Source: Squalus acanthias
Taxonomy: Eukaryota
Direction: 5' to 3'
Length of the DNA: 64,000 bases
Assembly (NCBI GenBank): GCA_030390025.1
Contig: CM059433.1
Coordinates: 13,642,001 to 13,706,000, forward strand
The translations under genes and the position numbers were made by a program. The notes under the pieces were generated by a model. It was given only the letters and a program-made list of their open reading frames with translations, ran no database searches and was not told the origin of the DNA. Below, in pieces: positions 11,194-23,732 of the stretch. How positions within the stretch are numbered: position 1 is the stretch's first letter; the number at the start of each line of letters is the position of its first letter.

Positions 11194-12193
11194 AATATAC
11201 CCACCATATTGATTTGCACTCGAACCTGATTATTTAAAGTGACCAGATATAGCCGCAACCTGGCTATTTCTAACAGGAAGCACTGTCCACATAAATTCCC
11301 CATTAAAATGAATGGACGGAAAATCATGGGCAGCTTGCCCACGATTTCCCCCACATTCAATGCTGGTGAGCAAGGTTCTGTGCCAGCGACATGAACTTGG
11401 AAGATCAGAACCAAGTCCTTCTCCTTTACAAGATTCTGCAAAGCTTCTCCCTGTTCCAAAGCTAACCAAGCAAATCTAAATACTTATCTCATCTTACATC
11501 CTGTATTACATTATCTTGGCCATTCTTGATATATTAGCCACATTAAGCTTTTCCCTTCCTGAATATTTGGTCTACCTGTTAATTCTAAATAGAACTCTCC
11601 TTTTAAAAGAGTTATTTGTTTCTTCAGTATTCATTTTTGATTTCACTGACTCTTCTGAATATGCAATCACTTTAAAGCTAAAGCCACGATTAATCTTGTT
11701 AATGTAATTTGCTCTGTTGAGATATAGCAGCCAGTAGTTTTCATTAAATTCAATTTTTATTTGAATTTTCTTTGGTGTGACTCTTATGTGTTAAAAATCT
11801 CAATTTTTTAAGTGCCGCTTACTCAACAGAAAATAATGTAAGAATGTTGCAGTGAAAGACCCATCTATTAATTGTGTAGAAATCTTACATGATAGTTGTT
11901 CTCTCTAGTCTCACTAATAATCTCAGACCCTTACGAGGTCCTCTACTAGCTCAGTCGTAGCATATTTTTTTAGACCCCACCACCGATTAATGACAAACAA
12001 ATTACTTGATTATTTTCAGATTTATCGCGGTGGCTGTCTGAATTTTTGCCTTTTTGCTTGGTAGTGAGAAGGGCCTTAGGTCAAACTACAGGCCACAGCT
12101 CATGATGTGGTCAGGGCTGAGATGGAGGGGACCAATGTTTCCCCTTAAGCTGTGTGGCTGCGTGGCCATGCAGTGCTCTATGCTCACCGACTT

Positions 12194-12845
12194 TTAACGG
12201 ACACTGCGCAACAATCGCCAGGCAGGAGTGTTCCCTCCCAGTCGGGGAACACTTCAGCAGTCAAGGACATTCAGCCTCCGATCTTCGGGTAAGCGTTCTC
12301 CAAGGCGGCCTTCGAGACACACGACAACGCAAAATCATCGAGCAGAAACTGATAGCCAAGTTCCGCACCCATGAGGACGGCCTCAAACGGGATCTTGGGT
12401 TCATGTCACGCTACATGTAACCCCACCTGACGTAGAGTCATGCAGACTCGAGTCATCATTGGCTTGTTCTCTCTACACAGATGTGGCCGGACTTGCTGTG
12501 ATTTCCAGCAAAAAAAGTTTTTTGTTTTCCATACAGACCCCAGCATCTGCCACATTTGACCCCTTGTGACCCCACCTCATTGTCTTTGATGTAATGTTTT
12601 CCTGACTGACCTGTTTGGACACCATCCACACCTTTGATTGCCGTGATTATCTCTCTGCCGAGGTGTGATAAAGGGCAGTTAGAAAGATTAACTGTAATCA
12701 TCTGGCAGTGTTCTCTGACTATATATGCTGTGCCTATATACATCTCTTCACTTCACCTGACGAAGGAGCAGCGCTCCGAAAGCTTGTGATTTCAAATAAA
12801 GCTGTTGGACTATAACCTGGTGTTGTGTGACTTCTCTGACTTTTA
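12194..12845 (+). mobile_element. Penelope-like element 3' remnant: GIY-YIG endonuclease C-terminus plus pseudo-LTR
   Basis: NGHCATIARQECSLPVGEHFSSQGHSASDLRVSVLQGG...EQKLIAKFRTHEDGLKRDLGF* ends at 12420, followed by pLTR-type sequence with aataaa. Confidence 0.85.
12753..12789 (+). ncRNA. Minimal type I hammerhead ribozyme motif in the Penelope pLTR
   Basis: tcac-CTGACGA-a-ggagc(agc)gctcc-GAAA-gctt-gtga. Stem I tcac/gtga, stem II ggagc/gctcc, palindromic aagctt in place of stem III. Confidence 0.7.
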
Positions 12846-13164
12846 AATGGACCTTGTGTGAACATTGGCGGCATTACAACAGTGATTACACTTCAAAAAA
12901 ATACTCCATTGTCTGTGAAGTGCTTTGAGATGCTCTATGGTTGTAAAAGATGCTATATAAATGGAAGTTTTTTCCTTTCTTTCAGATGCAGACTGACTTG
13001 CTGTGCATATCAAGCATTTACTGTTTTTGCTAAGTCTTATTTGTTGTACTCTTCACAATTTACACTTTGTATTTTGCAGCTAATTTCATCTCATCACTTT
13101 GCATGTGTTGCAATAAACTGTGTCCTTATCATCTATCTATCCCCTCCCACAAGAGTCTAAATTG

Positions 13165-13891
13165 GTGTTCAGAGGGACCTGGGTGTCCTTGTATATGAAT
13201 CACTGAAAGTTAACATGCAGGTACAGCAAGCAATTAGGGAAGCAAATGGTATGTTGGCCTTTATTACAAGAGGATTTGAGTATAAGAGTAAAGACATCTT
13301 ACTGCAACTATATAGGGACCTGGTGAGACCACACCTGGAGTATTGTGTACAGTTTTGGTCTCCTTCCCTAAGGAAGGATATACTTGCCATAGAGGGAGTG
13401 CAACAAAGGTTCACCAGACTGATTCCTGGGATGGGGGGATTATCCTATGAGGAGAGATTGAGCAGACTAGGCCTATATTCTCTAGAGTTTAGAAGAATGA
13501 GAGGTGATCTCATTGAAACTTACAATATTCTTACAGGGCTTGACAGGGTAGATGTAGAGAGGATGTTTCCCCTGGCTGGGGAGTCTAGAACCAGGGGTCA
13601 CAGTCTCAGAATAAGGGGTCGGCCATTTAGGCCTGAGATGAGGAGAAATTTCTTCACTCAGAGGGTGGTGAATCTTTGGAATTCTCTACCCCAGAGGGCT
13701 GTGGAGGCTCAGTCATTGAGTATATTCAAGACAGAGATCGATAGATTTATGAATATTAAGGGAATCAAGGGATATGGGAATAGTTCAAGAAAGTGGAGAT
13801 GAGGTAGAAGATCAGCCATGATCTTATTGAATGGCGGAGCAGGCTCAAAGGGCCAAATGGCCTACTCCTGCTCCTATTTCTTATGTTCTTA
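13165..13891 (+). mobile_element. CR1 LINE 3' fragment
   Basis: ORF 13215..13802 (LVRPHLEYCVQFWSP...FFTQRVVNLWNSLP), 3'UTR and ttcttatgttctta tail. Confidence 0.95.
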
Positions 13892-14277
13892 AATGGCCTT
13901 CCTCTGATCTTGTGCTGACTACTGGGCCGACTTTTAATGATTTATGTTATTGTTGTTAGTGTAGCACTTTCACAGAACTTGCAATCTTCTGCTTTGGGCT
14001 GATAACTACAGCAACAGCTTGCAAATGAGGTAATTCAAAACTATTTTCAGTGCACACTGATCAAACTGAAACATTTACAAGTGTCTCTGCGGTGACTTTG
14101 GCACATCTGGTAAGAGTCTGAAGGGACATTGTCCCTTCAGTCAAAACAGGTTGCATTCACTTTGGTTCATTTTTAGTTTAACAGATTCAAACATCTCATA
14201 TTATATCCTGAAATAAATCTATTGGCAAGGCTGCATATCACTAATGCAAGGCCGGAGATTTGATGGTTATGCAACAT

Positions 14278-15731
14278 GGAGAACCGCTAATGTAGTACCA
14301 TTATTCAAGAAAGGGAGTAGGGAAAAACCGGGGAACTACAGGCCAGTGAGCCTAACATCAGTGGTAGGAAAATTATTGGAAAAAATTCTGAGGGACAAAA
14401 TTAGTCTCCACTAGGAGAGGCAAGGATTAATCAGGGTTAGCCAACATGGCTTTGTCAAGGGAAGATCATGTCTGACTAATTTGATTGAATTTTTTGAGGG
14501 GGTGACTAGGTGTGTGGATGAGGGTAACGCAGTGGATGTGGTATACATGGATTTCAGTAAGGCCTTCGATAAAGTCCCGCACAGGAGACTGGTCAAGAAG
14601 GTAAGAGCCCATGGAATCCAGGGTGCCTTGGCACATTGGATACAAAACTGGCTCAGTGGCAGAAGGCAGAGGGTGATGGTCGAAGGTTGTTTTTGTGACT
14701 GGAGGCCTGTGGCCGGTGGGGTACCACAGGGATCGGTGCAGGGTCCCTTGCTGTTTGTGGTCTACATTAACGACTTGGATATGAATGTAAAAGGTATGAT
14801 CAGTAAGTTCGCGGATGATACAAAAATTGGTAGGGTGGTAAATAGCGAGGAGGGTAGCCTCAGTCTGCAGGACGATATAGATGGGTTGGTCAGATGGGCG
14901 GAACAGTGGCAAATGGAATTTAATCCGGAAAAGTGCGAGGCGATGCACTTTGGAGGGACTAACAAGGCAAGGGAATACACAATGAATGGTAAGACCCTAG
15001 GCAAGACGGAGGGTCAGAGGGATCTTGGTGTGCAAGTACACAGATCCCTGAAGGCGGCGGAACAGGTGGATAAGGTGGTAAAAAAGGCATATGGGATACT
15101 TGCATTCATTAGCCGAGGCATAGAATATAAGAGCAAGGAGGTTATGATGGAGCTGTATAAAACACTGGTTAGGCCACATCTGGAATACTGTGTGCAGTTC
15201 TGGTCGCCACACTACAGGAAGGATGTGATAGCTTTGGAGAGGGTGCAGAGGAGATTCACCAGAATGTTACCCGGGCTGGAGTGCTTCAGCTATGAAGAGA
15301 GACTGGGCAGATTGGGTTTGTTTTCCTTGGAGCAGAGGAGGCTGAGGGGGGACATGATTGAGGTGTACAAAATTATGAGGGACATAGATAGGATGGATAC
15401 TAAGGAGCTTTTTCCCTTAGTAGAGGGGTCTAGAACAAGGGGGCATAGATTCAAGGTAAAGGGCGGGAGGTTTAGATGGGATTTGAGAAAGAACCTTTTC
15501 ACCCAGAGGGTGGTTGTAGTCTGGAACTCACTGCCTGAAAGGGTTGTGGAGGCAGGAACCCTCACAACATTCAAGAAGCATTTGGATGAGCACTTGAAAT
15601 GCCATAGCATGCAAGGCTACGGACCAAATGCTGGAATATGGGATTAGATTAGACAGGACTTGATGGCTGGCGCGGACACGATGGGCCGAAGGGCCTCTAT
15701 CCGTGCTGTATAACTCTATCTATGACTCTAT
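14278..15731 (+). mobile_element. CR1 LINE, 5'-truncated, RT domain to 3' end
   Basis: ORF 14481..15647 with YMDFSKAFDKVPH, GVPQGS and KFADDTK; (ACTCTATG)-like tail. Confidence 0.96.
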
Positions 15732-15788
15732 AAACAAAACTAGTGCCCACATTATGCTTTTTTCATAGAAATATGTCATAGAGTCATA

Positions 15789-16681
15789 GGGGTAAAAATT
15801 CACTTGGTTGCGCCACCCGTTAGCGCCTTAAGAGGGCGCTAATGGGGCGCAAAGCCGCTAACGCCCGGGCGCAGCGATGTTTGCGCCGCTCGAGAACTTA
15901 ACTTGAGATTGTGCGGCGGCGCTAAAACTTACCGCTGCGATCACCTGCGCGCGCAGATTGTGACGTCATTCCATGGTGCAACGCCCTTGGGGCGCCCCGT
16001 AGCGGAAATTGAGTGGCGCCCCCTGCCTTACCGCCTGGCGCTTCCAACGACCAGAAGACTGGAACGCTATCAATCGCTGTGGGGCTGGGGGGGGCGCTAT
16101 TTAAAGGGGGCCTCTTCCTGTCTTTTATTGTTGGTGGCATTTTTGAACTACGCATTCTGAGAGAGAGAGGGAGAGACTTCTGGAGAGATTCAACGTTGTG
16201 TGAAGGAGTTTTGGGTACTGAGCAGCACTTTGCAGGTTCATTTTGATTTGCCATTCCTTGTATCGATTTAGCAGAGACCGTGGGAGCTGCACTCTGAGCT
16301 CTTTGCCTGGTGCTCTCCATTGTTCTTTCCAGCACATTTGATGTGCAAGTCTCTCCAGGCCGAGATTCAAGGCAGCAATGAACAGGATGTGGATGGAAAG
16401 CAAGATTAACCATCCCCTTTAAGAACTGGCCCGTGCCATTGTGTGTGTGTTCCATTGCTGACTGACATTACATGAGTTTCACCAGCGCTCCGAGTTAGCG
16501 CCTCACTGCTCGGCCTTTGCGCCTTAAGAGAGGTGTGCAGCGCCTGCTTTAGCGCTCCACTCACCTCCCGGGGCGGTAAAAGTGAAGTTTCCCGTCAGTG
16601 CCGATAATTAGCGCCAGGCGCTAATATTTGCGTCCGGACGATATTTGCACCCCAAATGGGGCGCGACCTAATTTCTACCCC
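15789..16681 (-). mobile_element. Harbinger-type MITE family A, copy 1 (893 bp)
   Basis: Termini ggggtaaaaatt / aatttctacccc, TSD ATA. Interior homologous to 23733-24624 in opposite orientation. Confidence 0.88.
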
Positions 16682-16832
16682 ATAGAGTCATAATGGCACA
16701 GAAGGAGGCCATTCGGCCCATCGAGTCCATGCCGGCTCTCTGCAGAGCAATCCAGTCAGTCCCATTCCCCCGCTCTATCTCCGTAGCCTTGCAAGTTTAT
16801 TTCCCTCAAGTGCCTATCCAGTCTCCCCTTGA
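16682..16832 (-). mobile_element. CR1-type 3'UTR fragment whose (CATAGAGT)n tail is split by the MITE
   Basis: ggcacagaaggaggccattcggcccatcgagtccatgccggctctc; tail units on both sides of the MITE. Confidence 0.8.
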
Positions 16833-17516
16833 AAAGTGTCTCCACTTCCACCACTTCCGTCTGTGCCATTGTCAAAACACTTACATAGTTTCCGCCATTG
16901 AATTTGCTTCCAATAGACACCGCAGATTATATTGGTTTCAAAACCAGAAATGACACCCCCACCCCCCCACGTTCACATATAGCCTATGACCAGCCGCAAA
17001 AAATGGGTCTGATCCTCTTTATTTAATGCTACTCTGCTATGCTATGCACTTCTTTTATGTATCTGTGTGTGCTGTATGGTCTAACATTTACTGTCAGGTA
17101 GCACGATTTTTAATCTGTGGAACTTTTTTTCAACAATCCAAAAAAAGGCTAAATTTGCTGCAGTCCACTTTTTAGCCCCTTCCCTTAAAATTGCAGCTCC
17201 CCCGCCCCACCCCTCCCCCGCCCCCACCCAAGCAATCACTGCAGTTGCTATTTGTGTAAAATAAAGGTTCCAAAATTAACACTGCAGAGTTCCATCCTTT
17301 GAAAGTGAGTCTCACATAGTTGCTTGGAAAAAGAAGCTGGTAATTTTCAGTGTTCTTTTGCTTTTGTTTAGTCCTATTTGTTCTTCTCCAAAGTGCTTGA
17401 TTAATCTGTATTAAGCTGCTTAATAATACAAGACTAGACATTTACCAGAATAGTGTGAGCTAACAGCCCTGTGTATGTGACTGGATTGGAATGGAACAAT
17501 ATCATTTAAAACTCAC

Positions 17517-17754
17517 CTATCACCTTCTCTTAAAGCTTTCATTTGTTTTCCAATCAAACAGGCAAATAATGGGCCAATTCTGGCTCCAGGGAGAAAATCT
17601 TCTGCCAAGCCACCAAGCCAGATGTCAATATTGTTTGGATGCCCATAGAGATCCATTATCTTTTCAACTAAATCTAAATCAGATATTGCTTTCCTTAAAT
17701 TGGCTTTAGTTTCCAATCTTTCCAGTTCACAGAATTCCCTCCAGTCATTGTATC
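17517..17754 (-). CDS. TPO: Thyroid peroxidase coding exon (exon 11 equivalent), 238 bp
   Basis: ttctAG / GTgagt. Encodes [11 protein letters not shown]...[45 protein letters not shown]. Confidence 0.97.
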
Positions 17755-18289
17755 CTAGAAGTAAAGACAAGCCATAAATACTTTGTTAGTTTAGGAACAG
17801 TCAATAAGAAACTCTGGTCCTGAAATTACATCATAGGATATTATCCTGCAAAGACATAATGCATCTATTTGCGATTCCTTGCTCCATTACTTTAGCAGAG
17901 GCATTAACCCAATAAATAAGTCAATGTATCCACTAAAATAACAGAGAGATGAATTTCAAACACAGCGATCAGACACTAATATCTCACAATGTAATTCCAA
18001 AACATCTATATATATATCAAGAGTTCATTAACGCCATTCAATTTCAGCTAGAAATGTTTGATATTTCTTCTCTTTCTTTTGTCTTCACATCAGTGGGAAA
18101 TTTTTTGTCTTCAACGCCCGTGACAACAGAACTTTGTGCACCGGGAACACATATCAGAATTCAGGCACGTACCTGATTCATGGCCCAACAATTTTCTGTT
18201 CATTAATGTTAATAATGATTATCCCCCAATATTTCTTTCTTGTGTTATCTATTTCTTTTGACTTTGTTCTCACATAAAAGTGTAAGAAC

Positions 18290-18770
18290 TTTTAGGAACA
18301 AAAAAGGGCAATAGACCCACACGCCCATCCCCCTCTCAGAGATTAACCTCCACCTATCTGCATTCTCGTATCTCTCAATCCCTCCTTTCTCCACGAATAC
18401 ATCCAACTCCATCTTAAACCCATTTATACCGTCTATTTGCTTGGAAATGTATTCTACAACTTCTTTATACTTTGGGTGAAAAAGTTCTGCCTGACTTTCT
18501 TACTCTTGGGTTCCTAATTTTTAACTGATGTCCCTTGGTATTTGAACACTTTGCCTGAAATTATTTTGTTAATCTTAAGTGCTTCAATAAGTTCACTTCA
18601 AACTTTTTTTGCTAAAGAAAATCAGCTTTACTTCTTTTACTTCTCCTCATATACTTAAATTCTTCTTTGGAATGTTTTTGCTGTTCACGTCCCTACCCTC
18701 TGAAAAGCAATCATATTCTTCCTGTGATTAGGCGATCAGACCTACATATGGTGATCTACATTGAGTCAGA
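18290..18770 (-). mobile_element. Old degraded CR1 3' fragment
   Basis: Residual similarity to the CR1 3' end (tttgggtgaaaaagttctgcctg, tgatgtcccttgg, aaagaaaatc). Confidence 0.55.
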
Positions 18771-19175
18771 CAAATAATTAGGTATCACATTTAGATTTTT
18801 GTTTTATCCCTCTTACTTGTCAAATAACACTTAAGGGTAGATTTTCGTACTCCCCCTGCCCTGATGCACTGATCTTGTCCATCCTCAGGATTGCCAGAAT
18901 TTCCAGCCCCAGGCCATTTACACAGCCCAGGACACCCTTGGCACAGACCTGCTCCCTGACAGGGCCTAGCGCTTGCAGAAGGTGCAGGAAAATAGGGCAC
19001 CATTGCAGGCTTCTCAAGCCATGCAGTTGCAATCCGACCCTTTGATATCGGGACCTGGAGATTGGCACCCAAAGGTCCTGGTTCCATCAGCCAGGGGATG
19101 GTGGCTTGGTTGTCAAGAAGTCTTTGGCCTGCCCCAGGATCCCTGCAGACCCTCGAGTCAGAGGTGTCCAGGGGC

Positions 19176-19554
19176 TAGGGTTGCCAACTCTGGTTGGACA
19201 TATTCCTGGAGGTGTCATCACATGACCTCACGCCTCCAATCGTCCCGCCGCCACACTCCTGCCATTGGTCACCCGACATGTCCACCCTCATGGTACACCC
19301 CCTCCCCACGCCAATCGGAAACCGAATAGACTCTTCATTACCCGATTGATTGATCATTGACTGTCAGTCAAACAGCCTTTTTGCCTATGTCCAACATTTT
19401 TATAACTAGCAAAAAAAAGTGTTCAAAGAAAATTTAGAAAAACGCACGATTTTTTTATTGCCCCAATAAATTTCCTCCTGGGTTGCTCACAGCGGTGCAC
19501 TGGATCTTCCTGGAGACTCCAGTGCAATCCTGCAGGGAGGGTTTGGCAACCCTA
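19176..19554. mobile_element. hAT-superfamily MITE (379 bp)
   Basis: TIR tagggttgccaa / ttggcaacccta and perfect 8-bp TSD ccaggggc (19168-19175, 19555-19562). Confidence 0.9.
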
Positions 19555-20924
19555 CCAGGGGCAGGCCACAGTACCACAGGCGCCTTTACCCTTGCGTACC
19601 AAGTTGAGATTGCGTCAGGAAAATGAGGCAAGAGGTCGGGAACATCCTCTCCTGTCTCCTTAGAATAGCTCTGTCACCCCTGCAGCTATTGCAGGAGCAG
19701 GCCTCGCTCTCCCTCCCTCCCTCCCTCCCTCTCAGGAAAGCCCAGGAAATCCCAGGCCAATGTTAAGCCGGGTGTCTGTCCCTTTTTCCAGACCTTTGCA
19801 CCCAGGGAAACGGGTGCTCCTCGGGCAACATTTTGGAAAATCTATCTTATCCTCTCTCTTTTGGCTCCTTGCTTCATACAAATTATTTTATCCTTATCTG
19901 CAGTCAGCAGCGTCAGATAGTTATTGGTGCAGTTACGTAAGGAGATCTAAATCTTTCTGAACCCATTTGCACTCCTTCTTGATATTTTGATGTAATCTGC
20001 AAGCTCGGAAAATTTGTTTAGGATACCCTTGTCCAAATTTAAATGAAATTAACAAATAGCAAGGGTCTCCAGACCAATTCATGAGGTGCCCTCTCCAGAT
20101 TAAAAATCTCTCTTCCGTCTGAAAAGTTCCCATTTACAGTCACCCTCTGCTCCCATTTCTTCAACTAACTTTTTATCCTTCGCCTTTAGTTGCAGATGTG
20201 GAACTTTGTCAAAAGCTTTCTGAAGGTCCAAGTATGTAATATCAACAGCATTTCATCATGTCAATTTTTGTCTTTGGACAGAACTCTAGTTTAACATGAA
20301 TTAAACATGAACATAAATGCCTTGGGACGTTTTACCGTGTTAAAGGTGGTATATAAATACAAGTTGTTGCTGTTGACTTCCCTTTACTGAACAAATTCTG
20401 AGTCTCCTTTAATAGTTTCTGCGTTTTTTAGGTGTTCACACATCAGATCTCTCAAAATTGCTTCACAGGCTTTCTCTATAACAGATTTGAAACTTTAGTT
20501 GGTGTCAGGTCCTGGAGTTCGGTGGATTGCTCATTGGGGGGTGGAGCCTCTGCCCGTCCCAACCATGGTCATCCATGCAGGAGGGGGCAGGATTCCCTAT
20601 GTCAGGAGTTCTGGGGTCACTGGCCCCCAACAGAACCTGACATAACATTGTCAGCGATACACCCAATCAGACTAGGTGTACCGTTCAGCCAATGGGCAGC
20701 AGCGAGGTCCACCTGCAGTCTAGAAGAATGAAGTGATGATTGAAAAAAAAAAATCATTAACTGCGCCCCCTTACAAGGAGGACCAATGGGGGCAATTTTA
20801 ACTTGTTTCTGGGAGAGGACCCAGCACTCCCTCCCGTAAGTGATAAGTTACAACAGACTTCCTGGCCTGTCCACCGTGGCAGGCTGCATAGGTGTGCTCC
20901 TAGTAGCCTGCCATTCGCAGGATC

Positions 20925-21341
20925 TCTTCTTCTTCTTAGGCAGTCCCTCGGAACCGAGGATGACTTGCTTCCACACTAAAAATTGAGTTCTCAGGTGACT
21001 GATGAGTCCAATGCGGGACCTACAGTCTCTGTCACAGGTGGGGCAGACGGTGGTTGAAGGGGCGGGTGGGTGGGGTGCTTGGGTTGACATGCGCTCCTTC
21101 CGCTGTTTGCGCTTGGCTTCTACTTGCTCCCAGCGAAGAGACTCGAGGAGTTTAGCGCCTTCCCGGATGCTTCCCCTCCACTTTGTGCGGTCTTGGGCCA
21201 GGGATTCCCAGGTGTCGGTGGGGATGTTGCACTTTTTCAAGGAGGCTTTGAGGGTGTCCTTGAAGCGTTTCCTCTGCCCACCTGGGGCTCTCTTGCCGTG
21301 TCGGAGCTCCGAGTAGAGCGCTTGTTTTGGGAGTCTCGCAG
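20925..21341 (-). mobile_element. RTE-clade LINE 3' fragment with (GAA)n tail
   Basis: RLPKQALYSELRHGKRAPGGQRKRFKDTLK...CPTCDRDCRSRIGLISH; cctaagaagaagaaga tail. Confidence 0.92.
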
Positions 21342-23060
21342 GATAATGAAGGGACCTCACCCATACCTCATAAACCTGATAGGGTCAACCGCTGAGGTCC
21401 CAGGTGTGCACATGCCTGGAAGCGCCCCCACTTTCCAATCCTCAGAAATCTCTCCTGAATTTAAGGTATTGCGACAATGTCAGTTAAGGTTTCATTAAAG
21501 TCAGTCCCCATCTCCTTTAAGACTCATGGGTGAAAGTTGTCGGACTCTCTCCATTTTAAGAGCAGGTAACCTTGGGGTAGTTTTTTTACTTTTGGCAGTG
21601 GCCAAGAACGGGCGACAGCGGATCAGTTGCCCATCATGCCCCCTGCCCAGCTTTCCTTTCCAGAAGTCAATGGAAAGGAAAATTGGATGGGGTGTATAAC
21701 GGGCTGCTGCCCGTTTTCCACCATAGCAGAAAGCAATAAATTAACCCTTTATTTCTCCTTTATAGTCTTCTGTCCGCCATCTATTCCTCTCTCTATTTCT
21801 CCTTTCTCAGCTTAAAGTCCTGTCAACATTTTGTAATTATTGACACATTTTACATTTATATGGACGGCTTTCAATTTATTGAAGTTGGGGGCGTGGGGGC
21901 ACATTTTCAAATCCAGCATAAATTAGGTGGGCAATGGGCAGGGCGAGCGCTGCTGCCACCCGAAGGAACTGGCATGGGGCCCAAGCCTTTTCATGGTCAG
22001 GCCTCATTTACATTCATTTGGTAAGCTGCCAGAGTGAAATGCTTTCCTTGTAGCAGCTCGCAGATCTGGAGCTGGGAAACTCGGTGTGGTGGCTGTATTT
22101 GAAGGACCTACAACAGCACCTTCTATGGAAGGGGTAGAAATTTCAGAAGTGAAAGGAGGCACAGGGAAGAACAGCGGACAACAGTTTTGCAGCACTTACA
22201 GCAGCAGAGAGATTAATAATATGGAAGACTTTAAGCCTCAAGACCCACAAGCAACTATGGTTGCCAAACCTGTTTCCAACTTGCCCTGACTGCAGCTGAG
22301 GATCCATTTAATGTACACTCAACTTGACCGCCTCGTGATTTCTGGTGGGCGGGAGCAGGAATTGGCAGCAATCTGGTGGACAGTGGCAACAGGGATCGTA
22401 GCTATATCATTTGACCCCCCAATTCATTGGCAGTTAGAAAAATAGGGGGTAATAAATGACAGCCAGCAGGGATTTGTTAAAGCCAAATCGTGTTTCACTA
22501 ATTTGATCGAGTTCTTTGATGAAGTAACGGCGAGGGTTGATAAGGGTAGTGCGGTTGATGTTGTGTATATGGACTTTCAAAAAGTATTTGATAAAGTACC
22601 ACTTAATAGATTTGTTAGCAAAATTGAAGCCCATGGGATTAAAGGGGCAGTGGCAGCATGAATACAAAATTAGCTAAGAGACAGAAAGCAGAGAGTAGTG
22701 GTGAATGGTTGTTTTTCAGGCTGGAGGGAAGTATACAGTGGTATCAGCCAAAAGTTGGTATTAGGATCACTGCTCTTTTTGATATATATTAATGACCTGA
22801 ACGTGGGTATACAGGGCTTAATTTCAAAATTTGCTGATGACACAAAACTCAAAAATGTAGTAAACAGTGAGGAGGATAGTAACAGACTTCAGGAGAACTT
22901 AGACAGACTGGTGAAATGGGCAGACACATGACAGATGCAATTTACTGCAGAGAAGTGTGAAGCAACGCATTCTGGCCGGAAGAATGAGGAGAGGCAATAT
23001 GTACTAAATGGTCCAATTTTAAAGAGACTGCAGGAACAGAGAGATCTGGGCATCTATGTA

Positions 23061-23617
23061 CTAGCTGGCCTCCCACATTCCACCCTACGTAAAATTGAGG
23101 TCATCCAAAACTCGGCTGCTCGTGTCCTAACTCGCACCAAGTCCCGTTCGCCCATCTCCTCTGTGCTCGCTGACCTACATTGGCTCCCATTTAAGCAGCG
23201 CCTTGATTTCAAAATTCTCATCCTTGTTTTCAATTCCCTCCATGGCCTCGCCCCTCCCTATCTCTGTAATCTCCTTCAGCCCCACAAACCCCCGAAATAT
23301 CTGCGCTCCTCTAATTCTGCCCTCTTGAGCATCCCTGATTATAATCGCTCAACCTTTGGTGGCCGTGCCTTCTGTTGCCTCGGGCCCTAAGCTCTGGAAT
23401 TCCCTGCCTAAACCTCTCCGCCTCGCTACCTCTCTTTCCTCCTTTAAGACGCTCCTTAAACTCTACCTCTTTGACCAATCTTTTGGTCACCTGCCCTAAT
23501 TTATCCTTATGTGCCTCGGTGTCAAATGTTTTGTCTTAAAATACTCCTGTGCACCACCTTCGGATGTTTTACTACGTTAAAGGCGCTATATACATACAAG
23601 TCATTGTTGTTGTTGTT
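23061..23617 (+). mobile_element. L2-clade LINE 3' fragment with (TTG)n tail, nested in CR1
   Basis: LAGLPHSTLRKIEVIQNSAARVLTRTK...LADLHWLP; closely matches 51790-52343; gta repeated at the flanks. Confidence 0.92.
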
Positions 23618-23732
23618 GTACACAAATCTTTGAAGGTGGCCGGATGTATTGAGAAGGCTGTTAAAAAAGCATACGGGATCCTTAGTTCTATAAATAGAGG
23701 CATAGAGTACAAAAGCAAGGAAGTGAGACTGA

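Larger units (their letters stand above)
9599..11275. mobile_element. Solo LTR (about 916 bp after removing the nested MITE)
   Basis: TG...CA ends with 9-bp inverted termini tgttagaaa/tttctaaca, 4-bp target duplication GGAA (9595-9598, 11276-11279), no coding capacity. Confidence 0.75.

Noticed and set aside
22935..23390. Chimeric CR1-L2 ORF as a fusion protein
   Set aside because: Chance in-frame junction of an L2 fragment inserted into a decayed CR1.
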